DNA of 64,000 bases from Eledone cirrhosa (taxonomy: Eukaryota): positions 136,958,001 to 137,022,000 of the forward strand of contig OZ024743.1 of the NCBI GenBank assembly GCA_964016885.1. The letters are read 5' to 3'. The notes below the pieces were generated by a model. It had not been told where the DNA came from. It searched no databases and saw only the letters and a program-made list of their open reading frames with translations. The position numbers and the translations under genes are program-made. The number at the start of each line of letters is the position of its first letter. The stretch's first letter is position 1. Below, one piece after another: positions 12,101 to 25,059 of this stretch.

Positions 12101-14200
12101 CAAGCACCAAACACCAAACACCAAACACCAAGCACCAAGAACCAAACACCAAACACCAAACAGCAAGCACCAAGCACCAAACACCAAGCACCAATCACCA
12201 AACACCAAGCACCAAGCACCAAACACCAAACACCAGGCACAAAGCACCAAACACCAAGCACCAAGCACCAAACACCAAGCACCAAACACAAAGCACCAAG
12301 CACCAAACACCAAACCCCAAGCACCAAACACCAAACCTCAAGCACCAAGCACAAAACACTAATCACCAAGCACCAAGCACCAAACAACAAGCACCAAGCA
12401 CCAGGCACCAAGCACCAAGCACCAAACACTAATCACCAAGCACCAAGCACCAAGCACCAAACACCAAGCACCAAGCACCATGCACCAAACACCAAGCACC
12501 AAGCATAAAGCACCAAGCACCAAACACCAACCACCCAGCACCAAGCACCAAGCACCAAACACCAAGCACCAAACACCAAACACCAAACACCAAGCACCAA
12601 GCACCAAGCACCAAACACCAAGCACCAAGCACTAAGCACCAAACACCAAGCCCCAATCACCAAGCACCAAACACCAAACACCAAGCACCAAGCACCTAAC
12701 ACCAAGCACCAAGCACCAAGCACCTAGCACCAAACACCAAACACCAAGCACCAAGCACCAAACACCAAGCACCAATCACCAAGCACCAAACACCAAGCAG
12801 CAAGCAGCAAGCAACAAACACCAAACACCAAGCACCAAGCACCAAACACCAAGCACCAAGGACCAAACATCAAACACCAAGCACCAAGCACCAAACACCT
12901 AACAACAATCACCAAGCACCAAGCACCGAACACCAAGCACATAACACCAAGCACCAAACACCAAGCACCAAGCACCAAACACCAAGCACCAAACACCAAG
13001 CACCAAGCACCAAGCACCAAACACCAAGCACCAGGCACCAAGCACCAAACACCAAACACCATGCACCAAGCACCAAGCCCCAAACACTTAACACCAAGCA
13101 CCAAGCACCAAGCACCAAACACCAATCACCAAAAACCAAACACCAAGCACCAAGTACCAAACACCAAGCACCAAGCACCAAACACCAAGCACCAAGCACC
13201 AATCACCAAACACCAAGAACCAAGCACCAAACACCAAGCACCAAGCACCAAGCACCAGGCACCAAGCACCAAGCACCAAACACAAAACACCAAGCACCAA
13301 GGACCAAGCAGCAAACACCAAGCATCAAACACCAAACACCAAACACCAAGCACCAAGCACCAAGCAGCAAACAGTAAGCATCAAACACCAAACACCAAAC
13401 ACCAAGCACCAAACACCAAGCACCAAGCACCAAACACCAAACACCAAGCACCAAGCACCAAACACCAAACACCAAACACCAAGCACCAAACACCAGCCAC
13501 CAAGCACCAAGCACCAAACACCAAACACCAAGCACTAAGCACCAAACACCAAACAACAAGCACCAGGCACCAAGCACCAAACACCAAACACCAAGCACGC
13601 ATCACCAAACACCAAGCATCAAGCACCAAGCACCAAAAACCAAGCACCAAGCACCAAGCACCAAACACCAAACACCAAACACCAAGCACCAAGAACCAAA
13701 CACCAAACACCAAACAGCAAGCACCAAGCACCAAACACCAAGCACCAAACACCAAACCCCAAGCACCAATCACCAAACACTAATCACCAAGCACCAAGCA
13801 CCAAACACCGAGCACCAAACACCAAGCACCAAGCACCAAACACCAAACCCCAAGCACCATAGACCAAGCACCAAGCACCAAGGAACAAACACCAAGCACC
13901 AAGCACCAAGCACCAAACACCAAGCACCAAGCACCAAACACCCAGCACCAAGCACCAAGCATCAAACACCAGGCACCAAGCACCAAACACCAAACACCAA
14001 ACACCAAGCACCAAGCACTAAACAGCAAGCACCAAACACCAAACACCAAACAGCAAACACCAAACAGCAAACACCAAACAGCAAACACCAAACACCAAAC
14101 ACCAAACAGCAAATGCCAAACACCAAGCACCAAGCACCAAGCACCAAACACCAAGCACCAAGCACCAAGCACAAAACATCAAACACCAAGCACCAAGCAC
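9140..14200 (-). repeat. Higher-order duplication: ~9140-10050 recurs at ~12510-13420 (offset 3367-3374) and ~10370-11080 recurs at ~13490-14200 (offset 3115)
   Basis: ORF pairs 9357/12724, 9532/12899, 9694/13061 and 9759/13126 (3367 = 481x7); 10665/13780, 10669/13784 and 10847/13962 (3115 = 445x7). Confidence 0.9.
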
Positions 14201-15089
14201 CAAGCACCAAACACCAAGCACCAAACACCAAGCACCAAGCACCAAACACAAAACACCAAGCACCAAGCACCAAACACAAAACACCAAGCACCAAGCACCA
14301 AGCAGCAAACACCAAGCATCAAACACCAAACACCAAACACCAAGCACCAAGCACCAAGCAGCAAACAGCAAGCATCAAACACCAAACACCAAACACCAAG
14401 CACCAAACACCAAGCACCAAGCACCAAACACCAAACACCAAGCACCAAGCACCAAGCACCAAACACCAAGCACCAAACACCAAACACCAAGCACCAAGCA
14501 CCAAACACCAAACAACAAGCACCAGGCACCAAGCAAAAAACACCAAACACCAAGCACGCAGCATCAAACACCAAGCACCAAGCACCAAGCACCAAACACC
14601 AAGCACCAAGCACCAAGCACCAAGTACCAAACACCAAGCACCAAACACCAAACACCAAGCACCAATCACCAAGCACGAAACACCAGGCACCAAGCACCAA
14701 GCACCAAACACCAAACACCAAGCACCAAACACCAAACACCAAGCACCAATCACCAAGCACGAAACACCAGACACAAAGCACCAAGCACCAAACACCAAAC
14801 ACCAAGCACCAAACACCAGCCACCAAGCACCAAGCACCAAACACCAAACACCAAGCACTAAGCACCAAACACCAAACAACAAGCACCAGGCACCAAGCAC
14901 CAAACACCAAACACCAATCACGCATCACCAAACACCAAGCACCAGGCACCAAGCACCAAAAACCAAGCACCAAGCACCAAGCACCAAACACCAAACACCA
15001 AACACCAAGCACCAAGAACCAAACACCAAACACCAAACAGCAAGCACTAAGCACCAAACACCAAGCACCAAACACCAAACCCCAAGCAC

Positions 15090-18000
15090 CAATCACCAAA
15101 CACTAATCACCAAGCACCAAGCACCAAACACCAAGCACCAAGCACCAAACACCAAACCCCAAGCACCATAGACCAAGCACCAAGCACCAAGGAACAAACA
15201 CCAAGCACCAAGCACCAAGCACCAAACACCAAGCACCAAGCACCAAACACCCAGCACCAAGCACCAAGCATCAAACACCAAGCACCAAGCACCAAACACC
15301 AAACACCAAACACCAAGCACCAAGCACTAAACAGCAAGCACCAAACACCAAACACCAAACAGCAAACACCAAACAGCAAACACCAAACACCAAACAGAAA
15401 ACAGCAAACGCCAAACACCAAGCACCAAGCACCAAGCACCAAACACCAAGCACCAAGCACCAAGCACCAAGCACCAAACACCAAGCACCAAACACCAAGC
15501 ACCAAACACCAAGCACCAAACACCAAACACTAAACACCAAGCACCAAGCACCAAACACCAAGCACCAAACACCAAGCACCAAACACCAAGTCCCACGCAC
15601 CAAGCAATAAAACACCAAGCACCAAGCCCCAAACACCAAACACCAAGCACCAAGCACCAAGCCCCTAGCACCAAACACCAAACACCAAGCACCAAGCACA
15701 AAACACCAAGCACCAATCACCAAGCACCAAACACCAAGCAGCAAGCAGCAACCACCAAACACCAAACACCAAGCACCAAGCACCAAATACCAAACACCAA
15801 GCACCAAGCACCAAGCACCAAACACCAAGCACCAATCACCAAACACCAAGCACCAAGCACCAAACACCAAGCACCAGGCACCAAGCACCAAACACCAAGC
15901 ACCAAGCACCAAACACCAAGCACCAAGACCGAAGCACCAAACACCAAGCACCAAGCACAAAGCACCAAGCACCAAGCACCAAAAACCAAACACCAAGCAC
16001 CAAGTACCAAACACCAAGCACCAAGCACCAAACACCAAGCACCAAGAACCAATCACCAAACACCAAGAACCAAGCACCAAACACCAAGCACCAAGCACCA
16101 AGCACCAGGCACCAAGCACCAAGCACCAAACACAAAACACCAAGCACCAAGCACCAAGCAGCAGACACCAAGCATCAAACACCAAACACCAAACACCAAG
16201 CACCAAACACCAAGCACTAAGCACCAAACACCAAACACCAAGCACCAAGCACCAAGCACCAAACACCAAACACCAAGCACCAAACACCAGATACCAAGCA
16301 CCAAGCACCAAACACCAAACTCCAAGCACCAAGCACCAAACACCAAACAACAAGCACCAGGCACCAAGCACCAAACACCAAACACCAAGCACCAAGCACC
16401 AAACACCAAACACCAAGCACGCAGCATCAAACACCAAGCACCAAGCACCAAGCACCAAACACCAAGCACCAAGCACCAAACACCAACCACCAAACACAAA
16501 GCACCAAGCACCAAACACCAAGCACCAAGCACCAAACACCAAGCACCAAGCACCAAACACCAAACCCCAAGCACCAAGCACCAAACACTAATCACCAAGC
16601 ACCAAGCACCAAGCACCAAACACCAAGCACCAAGCACCAAGCACCAAACACCAAGCACCAAACACCAAACACCAAGCACCAAGAACCAAACACCAAACAC
16701 CAAACAGCAAGCACCAAGCACCAAACACCAAGCACCAAACACCAAACCCCAAGCACCAATCACCAAACACTAATCACCAAGCACCAAGCACCAAACACCA
16801 AGCACCAAGCACCAAGCACCAAACCCCAAGCACCATAGACCAAGCACCAAGCACCAAGGAACAAACACCAAGCACCAAGCACCAAGCACCAAACACCAAG
16901 CACCAAGCACCAAACACCCAGCACCAAGCACCAAGCATCAAACACCAAGCACCAAGCACCAAACACCAAACACCAAACACCAAGCACCAAGCACTAAACA
17001 GCAAGCACCAAACACCAAACACCAAACAGCAAACACCAAACAGCAAACACCAAACACCAAACAGAAAACAGCAAACGCCAAACACCAAGCACCAAGCTCC
17101 AAGCACCAAACACCAAGCACCAAGCACCAAGCACAAAACACCAAACACCAAGCACCAAGCACCAAGCACCAAGCACCAAACACCAAGCACCAAACACCAA
17201 GCACCAAACACCAAGCACCAAACACCAAACACTAAACACCAAGCACCAAGCACCAGACACCAAGCACCAAACACCAAGCACCAAACACCAAGTCCCACGC
17301 ACCAAGCAATAAAACACCAAGCACCAAGCCCCAAACACCAAACACCAAGCACCAAGCACCAAGCCCCTAGCACCAAACACCAAACACCAAGCACCAAGCA
17401 CAAAACACCAAGCACCAATCACCAAGCACCAAACACCAAGCAGCAAGCAGCAACCACCAAACACCAAACACCAAGCACCAAGCACCAAATACCAAACACC
17501 AAGCACCAAGCACCAAGCACCAAACACCAAGCACCAATCACCAAACACCAAGCACCAAGCACCAAACACCAAGCACCAGGCACCAAGCACCAAACACCAA
17601 GCACCAAGACCGAAGCACCAAACACCAAGCACCAAGCACAAAGCACCAAGCACCAAGCACCAAAAACCAAACACCAAGCACCAAGTACCAAACACCAAGC
17701 ACCAAGCACCAAACACCAAGCACCAAGAACCAATCACCAAACACCAAGAACCAAGCACCAAACACCAAGCACCAAGCACCAAGCACCAGGCACCAAGCAC
17801 CAAGCACCAAACACAAAACACCAAGCACCAAGCACCAAGCAGCAGACACCAAGCATCAAACACCAAACACCAAACACCAAGCACCAAACACCAAGCACTA
17901 AGCACCAAACACCAAACACCAAGCACCAAGCACCAAGCACCAAACACCAAACACCAAGCACCAAACACCAGATACCAAGCACCAAGCACCAAACACCAAA

Positions 18001-19840
18001 CTCCAAGCACCAAGCACCAAACACCAAACAACAAGCACCAGGCACCAAGCACCAAACACCAAACACCAAGCACCAAGCACCAAACACCAAACACCAAGCA
18101 CGCAGCATCAAACACCAAGCACCAAGCACCAAGCACCAAACACCAAGCACCAAGCACCAAACACCAACCACCAAACACAAAGCACCAAGCACCAAACACC
18201 AAGCACCAAGCACCAAACACCAAGCACCAAGCACCAAACACCAAACCCCAAGCACCAAGCACCAAACACTAATCACCAAGCACCAAGCACCAAGCACCAA
18301 ACACCAAGCACCAAGCACCAAGCACCAAACACCAAGCACCAAACACCAAACACCAAGCACCAAGAACCAAACACCAAACACCAAACAGCAAGCACCAAGC
18401 ACCAAACACCAAGCACCAAACACCAAACCCCAAGCACCAATCACCAAACACTAATCACCAAGCACCAAGCACCAAACACCAAGCACCAAGCACCAAGCAC
18501 CAAACCCCAAGCACCATAGACCAAGCACCAAGCACCAAGGAACAAACACCAAGCACCAAGCACCAAGCACCAAACACCAAGCACCAAGCACCAAACACCC
18601 AGCACCAAGCACCAAGCATCAAACACCAAGCACCAAGCACCAAACACCAAACACCAAACACCAAGCACCAAGCACTAAACAGCAAGCACCAAACACCAAA
18701 CACCAAACAGCAAACACCAAACAGCAAACACCAAACACCAAACAGAAAACAGCAAACGCCAAACACCAAGCACCAAGCTCCAAGCACCAAACACCAAGCA
18801 CCAAGCACCAAGCACAAAACACCAAACACCAAGCACCAAGCACCAAGCACCAAGCACCAAACACCAAGCACCAAACACCAAGCACCAAACACCAAGCACC
18901 AAACACCAAACACTAAACACCAAGCACCAAGCACCAGACACCAAGCACCAAACACCAAGCACCAAACACCAAGTCCCACGCACCAAGCAATAAAACACCA
19001 AGCACCAAGCCCCAAACACCAAACACCAAGCACCAAGCACCAAGCCCCTAGCACCAAACACCAAACACCAAGCACCAAGCACAAAACACCAAGCACCAAT
19101 CACCAAGCACCAAACACCAAGCAGCAAGCAGCAACCACCAAACACCAAACACCAAGCACCAAGCACCAAATACCAAACACCAAGCACCAAGCACCAAGCA
19201 CCAAACACCAAGCACCAATCACCAAACACCAAGCACCAAGCACCAAACACCAAGCACCAGGCACCAAGCACCAAACACCAAGCACCAAGCACCAAACACA
19301 AAACACCAAGCACCAAGCACCAAGCAGCAGACACCAAGCATCAAACACCAAACACCAAACACCAAGCACCAAACACCAAGCACTAAGCACCAAACACCAA
19401 ACACCAAGCACCAAGCACCAAGCACCAAACACCAAACACCAAGCACCAAACACCAGATACCAAGCACCAAGCACCAAACACCAAACTCCAAGCACCAAGC
19501 ACCAAACACCAAACAACAAGCACCAGGCAACAAGCACCAAACACCAAACACCAAGCACCAAGCACCAAACACCAAACACCAAGCACGCAGCATCAAACAC
19601 CAAGCACCAAGCACCAAGCACCAAACACCAAGCACCAAGCACCAAACACCAACCACCAAACACAAAGCACCAAGCACCAAACACCAAGCACCAAGCACCA
19701 AACACCAAGCACCAAGCACCAAACACCAAACCCCAAGCACCAAGCACCAAACACTAATCACCAAGCACCAAGCACCAAGCACCAAACACCAAGCACCAAG
19801 CACCAAGCACCAAACACCAAGCACCAAGCACCAAACACCA
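15090..19840 (-). repeat. Higher-order tandem repeat, ~3 copies, period 1681 bp; third copy has a 196-bp internal deletion
   Basis: ORF pairs 16053/17734, 16217/17898, 16588/18269, 16760/18441, 16774/18455 and 16938/18619 are offset by 1681 with identical translations. The marker TCCCACG-CACCAAG-CAATAAAA occurs at ~15591, ~17293 and ~18974. The offset drops to 1485 after ~19285. Confidence 0.95.
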
Positions 19841-19929
19841 AACACCAAGATCCAAAGACCAAGCTACAAGCCCCAAGCACCAAGCACCAAAAAATAAGCA
19901 CCAAGCACCAAACACCAAGCACCAAGCAC

Positions 19930-21300
19930 CAAACACCAACCACCCAGCACCAAGCACCAAGCACCAAACACCAAGCACCAAACACCAACCACCCAGCACC
20001 AAGCACCAAGCGCCAAGCACCAAACACCAAGCACCAAGCACTAAGCACCAAACACCAAGCCCCAAGCAACAAGCACCAAACACCAAACACCAAGCACCAA
20101 GCACCAAACACTAAGCACCAAGCACCAAGCACCTAGCACCAAACACCAAACACCAAGCACCAAGCACCAAACACCAAGCACCAATCACCAAGCACCAAAC
20201 ACCAAGCAGCAAGCAGCAAGCACCAAACACCTAACACCAAGCACCAAGCACCGAGCACCAAGCACCGAACACCAAGCACCAAACACCAAGCACCAAACAC
20301 CAAGCACCAAGCACCAAGCACCAAACACCAAGCACCAAGCATCACGCACCAAACAATAAGAACCAAGCACCAAGCACCAAACACCAAGCACCAAACACCA
20401 AACACCAAACACCAAACACCAAGCCCCAAGCAACAAGCACCAAACACCAAACACCAAGCACCAAGCACCAAACACTAAGCACCAAGCACCAAGCACCTAG
20501 CACCAAACACCAAACACCAACCACCCAGCACCAAGCACCAAGCGCCAAGCACCAAACACCAAGCACCAAGCACTAAGCACCAAACACCAAGCCCCAAGCA
20601 ACAAGCACCAAACACCAAACACCAAGCACCAAGCACCAAACACCAAGCACCAAGCATCAAGCACCAAACAATAAGAACCAAGCACCAAGCACCAAACACC
20701 AAGCACCAAGCACCAAACACCAACCACCCAGCACCAAGCACCAAGCGCCAAGCACCAAACACCAAGCACCAAGCACTAAGCACCAAACACCAAGCCCCAA
20801 GCAACAAGCACCAAACACCAAACACCAAGCACCAAGCACCAAACACTAAGCACCAAGCACCAAGCACCTAGCACCAAACACCAAACACCAAGCACCAAGC
20901 ACCAAACACCAAGCACCAATCACCAAGGACCAAACATCAAACACCAAGCACCAAGCACCAAACACCTAACACCAAGCACCAAGCACCGAGCACCAAGCTC
21001 CGAACACCAAGCACCAAACACCAAGCACCAAACACCAAGCACCAAGCACCAAGCACCAAACACCAAGCACCAAGCATCAAGCACCAAACAATAAGAACCA
21101 AGCACCAAGCACCAAACACCAAGCACCAAGCACCAAACACCAACCACCCAGCACCAAGCACCAAGCACCAAACACCAAGCACCAAACACCAAACACCAAA
21201 CACCAAGCACCAAGCACCAAGCACCAAACACCAAGCACCAAGCACCAAGCACCTAGCACCAAACACCAAACACCAAGCACCAAGCACCAAACACCAAGCA
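19930..21300 (-). repeat. Cluster of short (~300-420 bp) shuffled tandem duplications
   Basis: ORF ends at 20132/20496/20867 (steps of 364 and 371). Markers CACCAAC-CACCCAG, CGCCAAG, CCCCAAG-CAACAAG and CAATAAG-AACCAAG recur. Confidence 0.8.
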
Positions 21301-24300
21301 CCAATCACCAAGCACAAAACACCAAGCAGCAAGCAGCAAGCACCAAACACCAAACACCAAGCACCAAGCACCAAACACCAAGCACCAAGGACCAAACATC
21401 AAACACCAAGCACCAAGCACCAAACACCTAACACCAAGCACCAAGCACCAAGCACCAGGCACCAAGCACCAAACACCAAGCACCATGCACCAAGCACCAA
21501 GCCCCAAACACTTAACAGCAAGCACCAAGCACCAAGCACCAAACACCAATCACCAAAAACAAAACACCAAGCACCAAGTACCAAACACCAAGCACCAAGC
21601 ACCAAACACCAAGCACCAAGCACCAATCACCAAACACCAAGAACCAAGCACCAAACACCAAGCACCAAGCACCAAGCACCAGGCACCAAGCACCAAGAAC
21701 CAAACACAAAAAAAAAGCCCCAAGCACCAAGCAGCAAACACCAAGCATCAAACACCAAACACCAAACACCAAGCACCAAACACCAAGCACCAAGCACCAA
21801 ACACCAAACACCAAGCACCAAGCACCAAGCACCAAACACCAAGCACCAAACACCAAACAACAAGCACCAGGCACCAAGCAAAAAACACCAAACACCAAGC
21901 ACGCAGCATCAAACACCAAGCACCAAGCACCAAGCACCAAACACCAAGCACCAAGCACCAAGCACCAAGTACCAAACACCAAACACCAAGCACCAAACAC
22001 CAAACACCAAGCACCAATCACCAAGCACGAAACAACAGGCACCAAGCACCAAGCACCAAACACCAAACACCAAGCACCAAACACCAGCCACCAAGCACCA
22101 AGAACCAAACACCAAACACCAAGCACTAAGCACCAAACACCAAACAACAAGCACCAGGCACCAAGCACCAAACACCAAACACCAAGCACGCATCACCAAA
22201 CACCAAGCACCAAGCACCAAGCACCAAAAACCAAGCACCAAGCACCAAGCACCAAACACTAAACACCAAACACCAAGCACCAAGAACCAAACAACAAACA
22301 GCAAGCACCAAGCACCAAACACCAAACCCCAAGCACCAATCACCAAACACTAATCACCAAGCACCAAGCACCAAACACCGAGCACCAAACACCAAGCACC
22401 AAGCACCAAACACCAAACCCCAAGCACCATAGACCAAGCACCAAGCACCAAGGAACAAACACCAAGCACCAAGCACCAAGCACCAAACACCAAGCACCAA
22501 GCACCAAACACCCAGCACCAAGCGCCAAGCATCAAACACCAAGCACCAAGCACCAAACACCAAACACCAAACACCAAGCCCCAAGCACTAAACAGCAAGC
22601 ACCAAACACCAAACACCAAACAGCAAACACCAAACAGCAAACACCAAACACCAAACAGCAAACAGGAAACGCCAAACACCAAGCACCAAGCAGCAAGCAC
22701 CAAACACCAAGCACCAAGCACCAAGCACAAAACACCAAACACCAAGCACCAAGCACCAAGCACCAAGCACCAAACACCAAGCACCAAACACCAAGCACCA
22801 AACACCAAACACCAAACACCAAACACTAAACACCAAGCACCAAGCACCAAACACCAAGCACCAAACACCAAGCACCAAACACCAAGTCCCACGCACCAAG
22901 CACCAAACACCAAGCACCAAGCACCAAGCCCCTAGCACCAAACACCAAACACCAAGCACCAAGAACAAAACACCAAGCACCAATCACCAAGCACCAAACA
23001 CCAAGCAGCAAACACCAAGCACCAATCACCAAACACCAAGCACCAAGCACCAAACACCAAGCACCAGGCACAAAGCACCAAACACCAAGCACCAAGCACC
23101 AAACACCAAGCACCAAGACCGAAGCACCAAACACCAAGCACCAAGCACAAAGCACCAAGCACCAAGCACCAGAAACCAAACACCAAGCACCACGTACCAA
23201 ACACCAAGCACCAAGCACCAAACACCAAGAACCAAGCACCAAACACCAAGCACCAAGCACCAAGCACCAGGCACCAAGCACCAAGCACCAAACACAAAAC
23301 ACCAAGCACCAAGCACCAAGCAGCAAACACCAAGCATCAAACACCAAACACCAAACACCTAGCACCAAACACCAAGCACTAAGCACCAAAAACAAAACAC
23401 CAAGCACCAAGCACCAAGCACTAAACACCAAACACCAAGCACCAAACACCAGATACCAAGCACGCAGCATCAAACACCAAGCACCAAGCACCAAGCACCA
23501 AACACCAAGCACCAAGCACCAAACACCAACCACCAAACACAAAGCACCAAGCACCAAACACCAAGCACCAAGCACCAAACACCAAGCACCAAGCACCAAG
23601 CACCAAGCACCAAGCACCAAACACCAAGCACCAAGCACCAAGCACCAAACACCAAGCACCAAGCACCAAACACCAAACACCAAGATCCAAAGACCAAGCA
23701 CCAAGCCCCAAGCACCAAGCACCAAAATATAAGCACCAAGCACCAAACACCAAGCACCAAGCACCAAACACCAAACACCAAGCACCAAGCACGAAACACC
23801 AAGCACCAATCACCAAGCACCAAACACCAAGCCCCAAGCAGCAAGCACCAAACACCAAACACCAAGCACCAAGCACCAAACACCAAGCACCAAACACCAA
23901 GCACCAATCACCAAGCACCAAACACCAAGCAGCAAGCAGCAAGCACCAAACACCAAACACCAAGCACCAAGCCCCAAACACCAAGCACCAAGGACCAAAC
24001 ATCAAACACCATGCACCAAGCACCAAACACCAAACACCAAGCACCAAGCACCAAGCACCAAACACCAAGCACCAAGCACTAAGCACCAAACGCCAAGCCC
24101 CAAGCACGAAGTACCAAACACCAAGCACCAAACACCAAGCACCAAACACCAAGCACCAAGCACCAAACACCAAGCACCATGAACCAAGCACCTAGCACCA
24201 AACACCAAACACCAAGCACCAAGCATCAAACACCAAGCACCAATCACCAAGCACCAAACACCAAGCAGCAAGCAGCAAGCACCAAACACCAAACACCAAG

Positions 24301-25059
24301 CACCAAGCACCAAACACCAAGCAACAAGGACCAAACATCAAACACCATGCACCAAGCACCAAACACCTAACACCAAGCACCAAGCACCAAGCACCAAGCA
24401 CCGAACACCAAGCACATAACACCAAGCACCAAACACCAAGCACCAAGCACCAAACACCAAGCACCAAACACCAAGCACCAAGCACCAAGCACCAAACACC
24501 AAGCACCAGGCACCAAGCACCAAACACCAAGCACCATGCACCAAGCACCAAGCACCAAACACTTAACACCAAGCACCAAGCACCAAGCACCAAACACCAA
24601 TCACCAAACACCAAACTCCAAGCACCAAGCACCAAACACCAAACAACAAGCACCAGGCACCAAGCACCAAACACCAAACACCAAGCACCAAACACCAAAC
24701 ACCAAGCACGCAGCATCAAACACCAAGCTCCAAGCACCAAGCACCAAACACCAAGCACCAAGCACCAAACACCAACCACCAAACACAAAGCACCAAGCAC
24801 CAAACACCAAGCACCAAGCACCAAACACCAAGCACCAAGCACCAAACACCAAACCCCCAAGCACCAAGCACCAAACACTTATCACCAAGCACCAAGCACC
24901 AAGCACCAAACACCAAGCACCAAGCACCAAGCACCAAACACCAAGCACCAAGCACCAAACACCAAACACCAAGATCCAAAGACCAAGCACCAAGACCCAA
25001 GCACCAAGCACCAAAAAATAAGCACCAAGCACCAAACACCAAGCACCAAGCACCAAACA

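Noticed and set aside
1-18066. Fold-back read chimera, or terminal inverted repeats of a transposon
   Set aside because: Variant patterns on the two sides are not mirror images, the arms have distinct fixed alleles, and there is no internal element or target-site duplication. A misjoin of two arrays is still possible without read evidence.
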